NCBI GenBank assembly: GCA_963731875.1
Contig: CAVSXL010000005.1
Location: 176,544 to 240,543 of the forward strand
Source: an uncultured Alphaproteobacteria bacterium
GTDB lineage: Bacteria; Pseudomonadota; Alphaproteobacteria; Rhizobiales; Methyloligellaceae
DNA length: 64,000 bases
Reading direction: 5' to 3'
The position numbers and the translations under genes were made by a program. This document shows positions 20,073 to 32,666 of this stretch, piece by piece (the first letter of the stretch is position 1; each line of letters starts with the position of its first letter). The notes under the pieces are model-generated. The model was given only the letters and a program-made list of their open reading frames with translations, searched no databases and was not told the origin of the DNA.

Positions 20073-21245
20073 CTAAGCGCTTCTGAGTTTGGCGAAGCCG
20101 GCTTCGAGATCCGCCTTCAGGTCCTCGACATCCTCTAGGCCGATATGGAGACGCAGGCCCGGGCCTTGTGCGTGCCACGTCGTCGCAGATCGATAAGCGC
20201 TTGGGTTGAAGGGCAAAATTAGGCTTTCATAGCCGCCCCAGGAATAACCCATGCCGAACAGCTCAAGCCCGTCGAGCATGGCCGCAAGGCTCGCGCGGCT
20301 GCACGGCCTCGACACGATGGAGAACAGACCCGACGCACCCGTGAAATCTCGCTTCCAGAGCGCATGACCAGGATCGTTTGGCAGCGCCGGATGCAGCACG
20401 CGCTCCACCTCGGGCCGTGCCGCCAACCATTCCGCTATGGCGAGACCAGACTTGTGATGGCGCTCGAGCCTGACGCTCAAGGAGCGCAAGCCCCGCAGAC
20501 CGAGATAGACATCCTCGGGTCCCGGACAGAGACCGAGCTCGTCATGGACCCGCGCGACCGCTTTCGTCGTCGCCGGCGACGTGGTGATGGCGCCGAGCAT
20601 GGCGTCGGCATGGCCGACGATATATTTGGTGGCCGCCTGGATCGACACGTCGGCGCCGTGCTCGAAGGGCTTGAAGTAAAGCGGCGTGGCCCAGGTGTTG
20701 TCCGTGATGACCACGGCGCCGCGCGCGTGCGCCGCTTCCGCGATCGCTGGAATATCCTGCACCTCGAAGGTCTGTGAACCGGGCGACTCGGTGAACACGA
20801 CCCGTGTCTTGTCGGTCAGCAGCTCGGCGATCCCGCCGCCGATGAGGGGATCGTAATAGGTCGTAGTGACGCCGAGCCGCTTCAGCACGTTGTCGCAAAA
20901 CCGCCGTGTCGGGCGATAGACGCTGTCCGACACGAGGATATGATCGCCGGCCGAGACGAAGGCGAGCAGCCCGACTGAGATCGCCGAAAGGCCGGACGGG
21001 GTGAGCAGGGTGGCATCCCCGCCTTCCAACTCGGCCACCATGGACTGCAGCGCCTGGACCGTGGGCGTGCCGAGTCGACCGTAGCTGAAATCCTGCGCGT
21101 CGGCCTCGAGGCAGTCCAAGGTGGGATAGAGCACCGTCGAGCCGCGATAGATCGGCGTGTTGACGAAGCCATGGTAGCGTGCGGGATCACGGCCCGCATG
21201 GGCGAGCCGCGTGTCCTGCTTCTGGGTCTTTCGAGATTTGCTCAT
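20073..21245 (-). CDS. metC: Cystathionine beta-lyase
   Basis: VNTPIYRGST, YGRLGTPT, DNTWATP, AATKYIVGHAD, MGYSWGGYESL. Confidence 0.95.
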   Translation of the reverse strand: MSKSRKTQKQDTRLAHAGRDPARYHGFVNTPIYRGSTVLYPTLDCLEADAQDFSYGRLGTPTVQALQSMVAELEGGDATLLTPSGLSAISVGLLAFVSAGDHILVSDSVYRPTRRFCDNVLKRLGVTTTYYDPLIGGGIAELLTDKTRVVFTESPGSQTFEVQDIPAIAEAAHARGAVVITDNTWATPLYFKPFEHGADVSIQAATKYIVGHADAMLGAITTSPATTKAVARVHDELGLCPGPEDVYLGLRGLRSLSVRLERHHKSGLAIAEWLAARPEVERVLHPALPNDPGHALWKRDFTGASGLFSIVSRPCSRASLAAMLDGLELFGMGYSWGGYESLILPFNPSAYRSATTWHAQGPGLRLHIGLEDVEDLKADLEAGFAKLRSA

Positions 21246-21284
21246 GCGAGCCTTTGGCCGCGGCGAGGGGACGAGCCTACGCCG

Positions 21285-22142
21285 CTAACTGGTCTCGATG
21301 GGAAGGCTCTCATTAGCCCCCCATTCCGCCCAGGAGCCGTCGTAGACCGAAGTGCGGCGGTGACCGGTCTCCGAGAGCGCCAGCGCAAGCACGCAGGCCG
21401 TGATGCCCGAGCCGCAGCTTGTCACCACCGGCTTGTGCGGATCGACACCGGCCGCCTCGAATACCTTGTTGAGCTCGTCGGGCGACTTCAGCGTGCCGTC
21501 CGCATTGAGGAGCTGTCCGTATGGCACGTTCTGCGCCCCGGGGATGTGACCGGCGCGCAAACCCTCGCGCGGCTCGGGCGCCTTTCCGGCAAATCGTTCC
21601 GGCGAGCGCGCGTCGACAATCGCCGCCGAGCGGTCGTGGATCAGCGCCTTCATGTCGTCGAGGTCACGCACGAGATCGAGATTGCGACGTGCCGTGAAAT
21701 GCCGCGTGGTGCGCGCCGTCGGCTCGCCGGTCACCAGCGGACGGCCTTCGCGCTTCCATTTCGGCAAACCGCCATTCAACACGCTGACATCGTCTGCACC
21801 CATCACGCGGAACATCCACCACACCCGCGGGGCGCTGAACATGCCCGCGCGGTCATAGACCACGACGCGCTGCCCGTCGCCGATGCCCATGGCGCGCATC
21901 CGCGAGGAGAATTTCTCCGGCGGCGGCAGCATATGGGGCAGGGTACTCTTGCTGTCGACGATCTCATCGATGTCGAAGAAGATCGCGCCGGGAATATGCT
22001 CCGCCAGATATTCCGCGCGCGCATCCTTGCCTTGGCCCGGCATGTACCAGGTGGCGTCGATGATCACAAAATCGGGTGCGTCGAGCTCGCGCTCGAGCTC
22101 ATCGGTCTCAATCAGCCATGTCTTCGGCGTCGACAAAGTCAC
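21285..22142 (-). CDS. sseA: 3-mercaptopyruvate sulfurtransferase
   Basis: Tandem rhodanese domains, HIPGA, active loop CGSGIT, YDGSWAEWG. Confidence 0.95.
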   Translation of the reverse strand: MTLSTPKTWLIETDELERELDAPDFVIIDATWYMPGQGKDARAEYLAEHIPGAIFFDIDEIVDSKSTLPHMLPPPEKFSSRMRAMGIGDGQRVVVYDRAGMFSAPRVWWMFRVMGADDVSVLNGGLPKWKREGRPLVTGEPTARTTRHFTARRNLDLVRDLDDMKALIHDRSAAIVDARSPERFAGKAPEPREGLRAGHIPGAQNVPYGQLLNADGTLKSPDELNKVFEAAGVDPHKPVVTSCGSGITACVLALALSETGHRRTSVYDGSWAEWGANESLPIETS

Positions 22143-22160
22143 TTCTCCAATTCTCGAAAG

Positions 22161-23195
22161 CTAGACGAATACGCTCGGCGCCGCGGCCGGGGCGTGGTCG
22201 AGCCACGCGGGCACTGGCAGCCCCTTTTCGCGCAAGAATTCCGGGTTGAACAGCCTGCTTTGATAGCGCGTGCCGTAATCGCAGAGCACCGTGACGATGG
22301 TATGGCCGGGTCCCAGCTCCTTTGCCAGGCGGATCGCCCCTGCGACATTGATGCCGCTCGACCCGCCAAGGCAGAGACCTTCCTCGCTCAGGAGGTCGAA
22401 TACCACCGGCAGCGCCTCCGCGTCGGGGATCTGATAGGCCGTATCGACCTTGGCCCCTTGGAGGTTGGCGGTGATCCGACCCTGGCCGATCCCTTCGGTG
22501 ATCGAGCTGCCTTCGGCTTTCAGCTCGCCGTGCTTGTAGAAATTATACAGAGCCGCGCCCATGGGGTCGGCGAGGCCGATGACGATGTCGGGATTATGCT
22601 CCTTCAGCCCCATGGAGACGCCGGCCAAGGTGCCGCCTGTGCCAACCGCGCAGATGAAGCCGTCGACCTTGCCGTCGAGATCACGCCAGATCTCCTGCGC
22701 CGTCGTCTCGATATGGCCCTGGCGATTGGCCACGTTGTCGAATTGATTGGCCCAAATCGCGCCGTTCGGTTCTGAGCGCGCCAATTCCTCGGCCAGCCGG
22801 CCGGAATATTTCACGTAGTTGTTGGGGTTCTTGTAAGGGACCGCCGGCACCTCGATGAGCTCGGCCCCGGCGAGACGCAGCATCTGCTTCTTCTCGTCGG
22901 ACTGGGTTTCCGGGATCACGATCACCGTCCTCAGCCCAAGCGCGTTGCCGACCAGCGCCAAGCCGATGCCGGTATTGCCGGCCGTTCCTTCCACCACCGT
23001 GCCGCCGGGATTGAGGCTGCCGGCGTTGAGCGCGTCGCGGATGATGAACAGCGCCGCGCGGTCCTTCACCGACTGGCCCGGGTTCATGAACTCGGCCTTG
23101 CCGAGGATCGTGCAGCCGGTCTCTTCGGACGCGCGCTTAAGCTTGATCAGCGGTGTGTTGCCGATCGCTTCGATAATGCCGTTACGGTAGGACAC
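22161..23195 (-). CDS. cysK: Cysteine synthase
   Basis: IGNTPL, KAEFMNPGQSVKDR, EGTAGNTGIG, GTGGT, GGSSG; GTG start inferred. Confidence 0.93.
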   Translation of the reverse strand: MSYRNGIIEAIGNTPLIKLKRASEETGCTILGKAEFMNPGQSVKDRAALFIIRDALNAGSLNPGGTVVEGTAGNTGIGLALVGNALGLRTVIVIPETQSDEKKQMLRLAGAELIEVPAVPYKNPNNYVKYSGRLAEELARSEPNGAIWANQFDNVANRQGHIETTAQEIWRDLDGKVDGFICAVGTGGTLAGVSMGLKEHNPDIVIGLADPMGAALYNFYKHGELKAEGSSITEGIGQGRITANLQGAKVDTAYQIPDAEALPVVFDLLSEEGLCLGGSSGINVAGAIRLAKELGPGHTIVTVLCDYGTRYQSRLFNPEFLREKGLPVPAWLDHAPAAAPSVFV

Positions 23196-23441
23196 AGGGG
23201 GGAGCCTTTGGAATCTCTTGTTCGGCAGCCTACTGAGCGCCATCGGCTGCCGCAAGTCGCGGAAATTGCGAGAAACCCGAGGCCTGAGGCATGCCGTTCC
23301 ATGGCATCCGGCAAAGCGAGCATGGATTGGGGTTAGTCTTGCCAACATCGTCGTCGCGGGCTAGCAGCCGGAGAATCCGCTGTGTATATAGACCGGCGGA
23401 ACAAAGGTGCCGGGGCGTATCAGCGCCCTCGGCCTTAATCA

Positions 23442-23526
23442 GCGGGCGTGGTGGAACTGGTAGACACGCCAGATTTAGGTTCTGGTGGCTTCGGCCGTGG
23501 GGGTTCAACTCCCTCCGCCCGCACCA
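23442..23526 (+). tRNA. tRNA-Leu (TAG)
   Basis: Acceptor GCGGGCG/CGCCCGC, anticodon loop TT-TAG-GT, long variable arm, CCA. Confidence 0.96.
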
Positions 23527-23613
23527 ACCATTTTCTTGAACCAGCTTCGTTGGATGGTTCGATTGCGACAGGCGCGCCCCATGGGCGCCGAACGGTAGTG
23601 GATTGAGACCGGT

Positions 23614-25050
23614 ATGAACGTCATTGAAACGAATACAGACGGCTTGCGCCGCGAACTGAAGGTGGTGGTCGGCGCCGACGAGCTCGAGCAGATGCTCTCC
23701 TCGCGCCTCGACGACCTCAAGGGCAAGGCAAAGATCAAGGGCTTCCGGCCCGGCCATGTGCCAAAAGAGCATTTGCGCAAAGTCTATGGCCGCTCGGTGA
23801 TGGCCGAGGTTGTGCAGCAGGCGGTCGCCGAGACGAGCCGCGAGGCCTTGTCCCAACGCGAGGAACGTCCTGCCTTCCAGCCGAAGGTGGCATTGCCCGA
23901 GGACGAGGGGGAGATCAATCAGATCTTTGAAGGCACCGGCGATCTGGCCTACACGCTCTCCTTCGAGGTGCTGCCCAAGGTGGAGATCATGGATCTCGCC
24001 ACGCTCTCGCTGGAGCGGCCGGTCACCCCGGTGAGTGATGAGGACATCGCCAAGTCCGTCGACAACATCCTTGCCACCAACCAGAACTACAAGCCAAAGG
24101 ATGGGGCAGCGGAGAAGGGCGACCGGGTCACCATCGACTTCGTCGGCAAGCTCGACGGCGAGGCCTTTGAGGGCGGCACCGCGACGGATGCACCGATTAT
24201 GCTCGGCGCCGGTAATTTCATCCCCGGGTTCGAGGATGGCTTGATTGGCGCCAAGACGAGCGAGGAGCGCATCGTCGAGGCGACCTTCCCGGCGGACTAC
24301 CCGGAAGCCAAGCTCGCCGGCAAGACCGTGCAGTTCGAGGTGACGGTCAAGGAAGTGGCCGGACCGGAGATGCCGACCCTCGACGACGAGTTCGCCAAGG
24401 GTCTCGGCGTCGAATCGGTGGAGCAGCTGCGCGACACCGTCAGGGCCCGCATGGAGCAGGACCGCGCCATGGCCTCGCGGCTCAAGGTGAAGCGCGCGCT
24501 GCTCGACGCCCTCAATGAAGGGCACAGCTTCGAGCTGCCGCCGACGCTCGTCGACAACGAGTTCGAGGCCATCTGGGGCCAGGTGATGAAGGACCTCGAG
24601 CACCACAAGAAGACCTTCGAGGACGAAGGCACGACGGAGGAGAAGGCCCGCGAGGAGTATCGCGACATTGCCGCGCGGCGTGTTCGTCTCGGTCTGCTGC
24701 TGTCGGAGATCGGCTCACGCAATGAGATCAACGTGACCGACGAAGAGCTGAACCGGGCCCTGCTGGAGCGCATCAGGCAATTCCCGGGGCAGGAGCGGGA
24801 GGTCTACGACTTCTATCGCAACAACCCCGAGATGCTGGCGGAGCTCAGGGCGCCGGTCTTCGAGGACAAGGTGGTGGATTACATCCTCGAGCTGGCATCG
24901 GTCACCGACAAGCCGGTAAGCGTGAAAGACCTCTATGCCGACGAAGGCGACGGCCCGGCCCATCATCACCACGGCCACAGCCATGATCACGACCACGATC
25001 ATGACCATGGACACGATCATGACCACGATCATGATCACAAGCACGACTGA
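23614..25050 (+). CDS. tig: Trigger factor with His/Asp-rich C-terminal tail
   Basis: Ribosome-binding GFRPGHVP, FKBP domain GDRVTIDFVG...FIPGFE, C-terminal RRVRLGLLL. Confidence 0.98.
   Translation: MNVIETNTDGLRRELKVVVGADELEQMLSSRLDDLKGKAKIKGFRPGHVPKEHLRKVYGRSVMAEVVQQAVAETSREALSQREERPAFQPKVALPEDEGEINQIFEGTGDLAYTLSFEVLPKVEIMDLATLSLERPVTPVSDEDIAKSVDNILATNQNYKPKDGAAEKGDRVTIDFVGKLDGEAFEGGTATDAPIMLGAGNFIPGFEDGLIGAKTSEERIVEATFPADYPEAKLAGKTVQFEVTVKEVAGPEMPTLDDEFAKGLGVESVEQLRDTVRARMEQDRAMASRLKVKRALLDALNEGHSFELPPTLVDNEFEAIWGQVMKDLEHHKKTFEDEGTTEEKAREEYRDIAARRVRLGLLLSEIGSRNEINVTDEELNRALLERIRQFPGQEREVYDFYRNNPEMLAELRAPVFEDKVVDYILELASVTDKPVSVKDLYADEGDGPAHHHHGHSHDHDHDHDHGHDHDHDHDHKHD
24961..25047 (+). repeat. 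Low-complexity His-Asp coding repeat
   Basis: Imperfect GACCACGATCAT units encoding HHHHGHSHDHDHDHDHGHDHDHDHDHKHD. Confidence 0.9.
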
Positions 25051-25087
25051 GCGATCCTGGGCCACGACCGGAAGTGGCAATTGGCCC

Positions 25088-25114
25088 CTTCCGTTTCGGG
25101 GCCCGGCCCCATAT
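25088..25114 (+). promoter_or_regulatory. Putative sigma32 (RpoH) promoter of clpP
   Basis: CTTCCG-N13-CCCCATAT; -10 matches the sigma32 consensus, -35 is partial. Confidence 0.45.
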
Positions 25115-25185
25115 GTAGTAGAGCGCACCGACAGAATCGCTTGTCGTCCCCGGCCGGCTGAGCAAAACCTAAACGCAGGACATTC

Positions 25186-25836
25186 ATGAACAATCCGGTC
25201 GAGACATATATGAACACGCTGGTGCCGATGGTGGTCGAGCAGACCAACCGCGGCGAGCGCGCCTACGACATCTACTCCCGTCTGCTCAAGGAGCGGATCA
25301 TCTTCGTCACCGGCCCGATCGAGGACCACGTGGCGTCGCTGATCACGGCGCAATTGCTGTTCTTGGAGGCGGAGAACCCCAAGAAAGAGATTTCCATGTA
25401 CATCAACTCGCCTGGCGGCGTGGTGACGTCCGGCATGGCGATCTACGACACCATGCAGTTCGTACGGCCACCGGTCGCCACGCTGTGCATCGGACAGGCC
25501 GCATCCATGGGATCGCTGCTGTTATGCGCCGGCGAGAAGGGTATGCGCTTCATCTTGCCGAATGCCCGTGTCTTGCTGCATCAGCCCTCCGGTGGTTTCC
25601 AAGGCCAGGCGAGCGACATCGAGCGACACGCCGAGGACATCATCAAGATGAAGCGGCGTCTCAATGAGGTCTATGTCCACCATACGGGCCAGGACTACGA
25701 CGTCATTGATAAGACCCTCGACCGTGACTACTTCCTCACGGCAGAAGAGGCGAAGACCTTCGGTCTGGTTGACGAGGTGATTAGCAAGCGGCATCCGTTC
25801 GAGGAAAAGCAGGATAAGGCTCCCCCCGCGTCTTGA
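25186..25836 (+). CDS. clpP: ATP-dependent Clp protease proteolytic subunit
   Basis: [34 protein letters not shown]. Confidence 0.99.
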   Translation: MNNPVETYMNTLVPMVVEQTNRGERAYDIYSRLLKERIIFVTGPIEDHVASLITAQLLFLEAENPKKEISMYINSPGGVVTSGMAIYDTMQFVRPPVATLCIGQAASMGSLLLCAGEKGMRFILPNARVLLHQPSGGFQGQASDIERHAEDIIKMKRRLNEVYVHHTGQDYDVIDKTLDRDYFLTAEEAKTFGLVDEVISKRHPFEEKQDKAPPAS

Positions 25837-26137
25837 GGTCGCTGTACAGCCCCCTCAGTCCATTAGGACTAACTGACGAATTGTCCGCTTGGGCCTTGCC
25901 GCGTCGGGGTCAGGCATGGTCCCTGCACCCTCCGTGCAGCGTGGTGAGATGTCCCCCTTCGGGAATAACGGGATTAATCAATCCTTGATCAGTGACGCCC
26001 TAGCATGCTGAGATTGCGCTTCGGGCAGCTTTCCAAAGGGATTGGGCTCACACTTGCAAAGCGGGAAAAAGGACCAATAGTGCGCAGGCGGGCGGCCACC
26101 GGCGCTAAGCAGAAACCAAGAAAAACTGGATGAGAGA

Positions 26138-27403
26138 ATGAGCAAGGTGAGTGGAGCTGATTCGAAGAACACCCTCTACTGCTCTTTCTGCGGCAAGAGT
26201 CAGCACGAGGTACGCAAGCTTATTGCGGGGCCAACGGTGTTCATCTGTGATGAATGCGTCGAGCTCTGCATGGACATCATTCGCGAGGAGAATAAGAGCT
26301 CCCTCGTGAAGTCGCGCGATGGCGTGCCCACGCCGATGGAAATCTGCGCCGTTCTAGACGATTACGTGATTGGCCAGGATTACGCCAAGCGCGTGCTGTC
26401 TGTGGCTGTGCATAATCACTACAAGCGGCTCAACCACTCGGGGAAGAATTCCGACGTCGAGTTGGCCAAATCGAACATTCTGCTGATCGGGCCCACGGGT
26501 TGCGGCAAGACGCTGCTCGCCCAAACGCTTGCCCGCATCCTCGACGTGCCCTTCACGATGGCCGACGCCACCACGCTCACCGAAGCGGGCTATGTCGGCG
26601 AGGACGTCGAGAACATCATTCTCAAGCTGCTGCAGGCGGCCGACTACAATGTCGAGCGCGCCCAGCGCGGCATCGTCTATATCGACGAGGTCGACAAGAT
26701 CAGCCGCAAGTCCGACAACCCGTCAATCACCCGCGACGTGTCGGGCGAGGGCGTGCAGCAAGCGCTCCTTAAGATCATGGAAGGGACTGTTGCCTCGGTG
26801 CCCCCGCAAGGCGGTCGCAAGCACCCGCAGCAGGAATTCCTGCAGGTCGACACCACCAACATCCTATTCGTCTGCGGCGGCGCCTTCGCCGGCCTGGAGA
26901 AGATCATCGCCGCGCGCGGCCGGTCGACCTCGATCGGCTTCGGCGCCAATGTGGAAACCGTTGACGAGCGCCGCACCGGCGACGTGCTCCGGGGTATCGA
27001 GCCTGAGGATCTGCTCAAGTTCGGTCTCATTCCCGAGTTCATCGGCCGGGTTCCGGTGATCGCCACCCTGGACGATCTCGATGAGATCTCCCTGATGCGC
27101 ATCCTGAGTGAACCCAAGAATGCGCTCGTCAGGCAGTATCAGCGCCTGTTCGAGATGGAGGATGTGCAGCTCTCGTTCGCCGATGAAGCCCTCCGCACCA
27201 TCTCCAAGAAGGCGATCGAGCGCAAAACGGGCGCCCGCGGTCTTCGCTCAATCATGGAGAGCATTTTGCTCGACACCATGTTCGAACTTCCGAGCATGCG
27301 GGGGGTCGAAGAAGTGGTCATCAGCTCAGAAGTGGTGGAAGGCAAGGCGCGTCCCTTGCGCATCTACTCCGAGCGCCACGAAGAGGTCGGCACGAGCGCC
27401 TGA
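26138..27403 (+). CDS. clpX: ATP-dependent Clp protease ATP-binding subunit
   Basis: Zn-binding CSFC...[32 protein letters not shown]. Confidence 0.99.
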   Translation: MSKVSGADSKNTLYCSFCGKSQHEVRKLIAGPTVFICDECVELCMDIIREENKSSLVKSRDGVPTPMEICAVLDDYVIGQDYAKRVLSVAVHNHYKRLNHSGKNSDVELAKSNILLIGPTGCGKTLLAQTLARILDVPFTMADATTLTEAGYVGEDVENIILKLLQAADYNVERAQRGIVYIDEVDKISRKSDNPSITRDVSGEGVQQALLKIMEGTVASVPPQGGRKHPQQEFLQVDTTNILFVCGGAFAGLEKIIAARGRSTSIGFGANVETVDERRTGDVLRGIEPEDLLKFGLIPEFIGRVPVIATLDDLDEISLMRILSEPKNALVRQYQRLFEMEDVQLSFADEALRTISKKAIERKTGARGLRSIMESILLDTMFELPSMRGVEEVVISSEVVEGKARPLRIYSERHEEVGTSA

Positions 27404-27435
27404 CCGCTTGCCGCCATTCCCCGCTTGAAGGGACA

Positions 27436-27468
27436 GCCGAATCCCACTCAAATCGGTGGGTATTCGGC
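27436..27468 (+). terminator. Bulged hairpin between clpX and lon
   Basis: GCCGAAT-CCCAC...GTGGG-T-ATTCGGC; role (terminator or processing site) not determined. Confidence 0.35.
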
Positions 27469-27670
27469 GTATGCCTTTTCGGGGGGCGGCCACTTGACGG
27501 CGGCTAGGGCGGTCGCCACCTTCGTAAACCGGCGGGCCAACATGCCGCAGTGCTCGTTTCGGCATTTGCCGGGACAATGCATCAGGCGGACCTTGGGGGA
27601 GGGAAACTGAAAGAGTAGCTTGCGGCACGCTATGGGGTGCTGCCGCTCAGAAGAAAGCGACGGACTTATC

Positions 27671-30103
<2,433 letters not shown>

Positions 30104-30304
30104 TCGCTGTCTAAGGTTGCGCTGCCGTCGATTTGCCTCAATCGCGTAGTTCGGCCTTATGCACTGAGTCGGGCAAATTTGTTGATTTTCCGCGTTTTTT
30201 GCTCCAGTCATACACCACTTGTTTGTAAATCATCGCGTACCCAAAGCGGCCTCGAGGGTTGCAACGCGCCCTGCGATTGGGGCCAAGCGAAAGGATGGAG
30301 ACCC

Positions 30305-30580
30305 GTGAACAAAGCTGAGCTGGTCGCCCATGTGGCGAAGGAATCCGAACTGTCGAAGGACTCGGCTGAGAAGGCCGTGGACGCGACGTTCAAGAACATC
30401 GAGAAGGCCTTGAGCGGTGGCGACACCGTGCGCATCGTCGGCTTCGGCAATTTCCAGGTCGCGCAGCGCAAGGCCTCCGTCGGTCGCAATCCGCGCACCG
30501 GCGCCGAGGTCCAGATCCCGGCGTCGAAGGTGCCGAAATTCCGCGCTGGTAAGGCTCTCAAAGAGGCCTGCAACACCTAA
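30305..30580 (+). CDS. hupB: DNA-binding protein HU
   Basis: NKAELV, GFGNF, GRNPRTG, PKFRAGKALK; GTG start with GGAG SD. Confidence 0.97.
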   Translation: MNKAELVAHVAKESELSKDSAEKAVDATFKNIEKALSGGDTVRIVGFGNFQVAQRKASVGRNPRTGAEVQIPASKVPKFRAGKALKEACNT

Positions 30581-30603
30581 GGCGGACGCGGTATCGATTT
30601 TCT

Positions 30604-30644
30604 GGGCGAGGCCTTGCTTGCGCGAGGCTTCGCCCTTCTTATTT
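30604..30644 (+). terminator. Intrinsic terminator after hupB
   Basis: 11-bp stem GGGCGAGGCCT/AGGCTTCGCCC followed by TTCTTATTT. Confidence 0.7.
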
Positions 30645-30699
30645 GGAAGTATTCCCATAGGCACCGGCCACAGTGTGGCCTTACGCTTCCCTTGCAAAA

Positions 30700-30775
30700 G
30701 GGCGGTTAGCTCAGTTGGTAGAGCGCCACGTTTACACCGTGGATGTCGGCAGTTCGAGACTGTCACCGCCCACCA
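30700..30775 (+). tRNA. tRNA-Val (TAC)
   Basis: Acceptor GGGCGGT/ACCGCCC, anticodon loop TT-TAC-AC, CCA. Confidence 0.97.
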
Positions 30776-30797
30776 TTCTCGTCAGGGGAGGTATCTC

Positions 30798-31514
30798 ATG
30801 CGGTACGCAACCGCCGGTGTCGCGGTCTGGTTCATGCTGTTCTTATCCGTGCTGCGTGGTGCCGCCGCCGCTCCCTTGGACCTGAACGAGATTGCGACCG
30901 ACGAGACCGCGGAAGCGCTGTGCGATCGTCTCGCACCCGACCCCTTCGCCGGATTCGGTCCGGAAGAATGGGGCCATCCCTTTCGCAGCGTTGATTTCTA
31001 CCGTGCCGTGCCGGCCTGCACCGAAGCGCTTGCGAACCACCCCGGCGACCCCCGCTTCGCCCTCGGTGCGGCCATGGCCTATATCGCCGGCAATAAGATC
31101 GACAGCGCCAAGCCGCTGCTCGGCCGCCTCATCGCCCAGGGCAATACATCGGCGATGCTTGTTCTTGCTTACATTTCCCCCGAGCCCGAGGCGGCCGCTC
31201 TGATGCACGAGGCGGCGGCTGCTGGGAATGCAAACGCAATGATGCTCTACGGCATGGCCCTGATGACTGGCAAAGGCGTGGACAAAAACACTTTGGACGG
31301 GGTCCGCATGCTCCGCCGCGCGGCCGACGCGGGCTCGACTCGGGCCATGCTGCTTATGGCCAATTTCTATAACGAGGGCGCCTATGGCGTCGGCCGCAGT
31401 CCGCAAGAGGCCAAGGATCTGATCGCGCAGGCCGCAAAGCTGGGCGATCCTGCCGCCAAAGACATCCTGGCGAGCCTGGTGCAGGAGGGCGGAAGCGGCA
31501 CCACGCCGCAATAG
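30798..31514 (+). CDS. Exported Sel1/TPR repeat protein
   Basis: Signal peptide, CDRLA...AVPAC Cys pair, AA.AGN.NAM and AADAGS.RAM..MA.FY..G Sel1-like repeats; GGGGAGGT SD. Confidence 0.85.
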   Translation: MRYATAGVAVWFMLFLSVLRGAAAAPLDLNEIATDETAEALCDRLAPDPFAGFGPEEWGHPFRSVDFYRAVPACTEALANHPGDPRFALGAAMAYIAGNKIDSAKPLLGRLIAQGNTSAMLVLAYISPEPEAAALMHEAAAAGNANAMMLYGMALMTGKGVDKNTLDGVRMLRRAADAGSTRAMLLMANFYNEGAYGVGRSPQEAKDLIAQAAKLGDPAAKDILASLVQEGGSGTTPQ

Positions 31515-31542
31515 GCCGGCGACGCTCTTTGGGGAGCTTGTC

Positions 31543-31571
31543 TTGACTTGGGGAATCCCAGGCCGTACATG
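31543..31571 (+). promoter_or_regulatory. Putative sigma70 promoter of tRNA-Asp (and probably nuo)
   Basis: TTGACT-N17-TACATG. Confidence 0.6.
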
Positions 31572-31608
31572 CTGAAGCTCGCCTCCGGCCGTGGTTTACG
31601 GCCCGGTA

Positions 31609-31685
<77 letters not shown>

Positions 31686-31723
31686 TTTTGGCCCCGCACC
31701 CGAAGAAGGCTGAAGAAAAAGCC

Positions 31724-32089
31724 ATGGGCCAGCTTCTCCAAGATTATCTGCCGCTCGTCATCTTCATCGGCATCGCATTCGTCATCAGCACGATCCTTCT
31801 GGTCGTGCCTTTTGTCGTCGCCGTGCGCAATCCGGATCCCGAGAAGGTCTCGGCCTACGAATGCGGCTTCGACGCCTTCGATGACGCGCGCATGAAATTC
31901 GACGTGCGCTTCTATCTTGTGTCGCTCTTGTTCATTATCTTCGATCTTGAGATCGCGTTTCTATTTCCTTGGGCCGTCGCTTTCGAGGAGGTCGGCGCGC
32001 TCGGCTTCTGGTCGATGATCGTGTTCTTGGGGATTCTCACCATCGGCTTTGTCTATGAGTGGCGGAAAGGCGCGCTCGAATGGGATTGA
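31724..32089 (+). CDS. nuoA: NADH-quinone oxidoreductase subunit A
   Basis: [34 protein letters not shown]. Confidence 0.98.
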   Translation: MGQLLQDYLPLVIFIGIAFVISTILLVVPFVVAVRNPDPEKVSAYECGFDAFDDARMKFDVRFYLVSLLFIIFDLEIAFLFPWAVAFEEVGALGFWSMIVFLGILTIGFVYEWRKGALEWD

Positions 32090-32640
32090 TGCCCGAGCCT
32101 CTGTTCGAGACCGAAGGCAAGCCCGGCGGCTTGATCACGACGCCGGGCGCCACGAGCTTCGGCGTTTTCTCCGACGAACTCGCCGACAAGGGGTTCCTGC
32201 TCACGACGGCGGACGACCTGATCAATTGGGCGCGCACGGGCTCGCTCATGTGGATGACCTTCGGGCTCGCCTGCTGCGCTGTCGAGATGATGCAGTCTTC
32301 GATGCCCCGCTACGATCTCGAGCGGTTTGGCTTCGCACCGCGCGGCAGCCCGCGTCAGTCTGACGTGATGATCGTCGCCGGCACGCTGTGCAACAAGATG
32401 GCCCCGGCATTGCGCAAGGTCTACGACCAGATGCCCGAGCCGCGCTATGTCATCTCCATGGGCTCTTGCGCCAATGGTGGCGGCTATTATCACTACTCCT
32501 ACTCAGTCGTTCGCGGGTGTGACCGCATCGTCCCAGTAGATATCTACGTTCCGGGTTGCCCGCCGACAGCCGAAGCGCTGGTCTACGGCGTGCTGCTCCT
32601 GCAGAAGAAGATCAGGCGGACCGGCACGATCGAACGCTGA
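32080..32640 (+). CDS. nuoB: NADH-quinone oxidoreductase subunit B
   Basis: [28 protein letters not shown]. Confidence 0.99.
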   Translation: MGLMPEPLFETEGKPGGLITTPGATSFGVFSDELADKGFLLTTADDLINWARTGSLMWMTFGLACCAVEMMQSSMPRYDLERFGFAPRGSPRQSDVMIVAGTLCNKMAPALRKVYDQMPEPRYVISMGSCANGGGYYHYSYSVVRGCDRIVPVDIYVPGCPPTAEALVYGVLLLQKKIRRTGTIER

Positions 32641-32666
32641 CGCGCTGCTCTGATCCTGGAGCCTTG

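Noticed and set aside
17090-20075. Integrative element at tRNA-Arg
   Set aside because: No integrase or transposase and no direct repeat of the tRNA 3' end found
21171-22775. 534-aa plus-strand ORF antisense to sseA/cysK
   Set aside because: Antisense shadow of conserved genes with no recognisable domain
24961-25047. Short tandem repeats considered as CRISPR or VNTR
   Set aside because: No spacers; the repeats are in-frame His-Asp codons of tig. No CRISPR array or cas gene seen in the window
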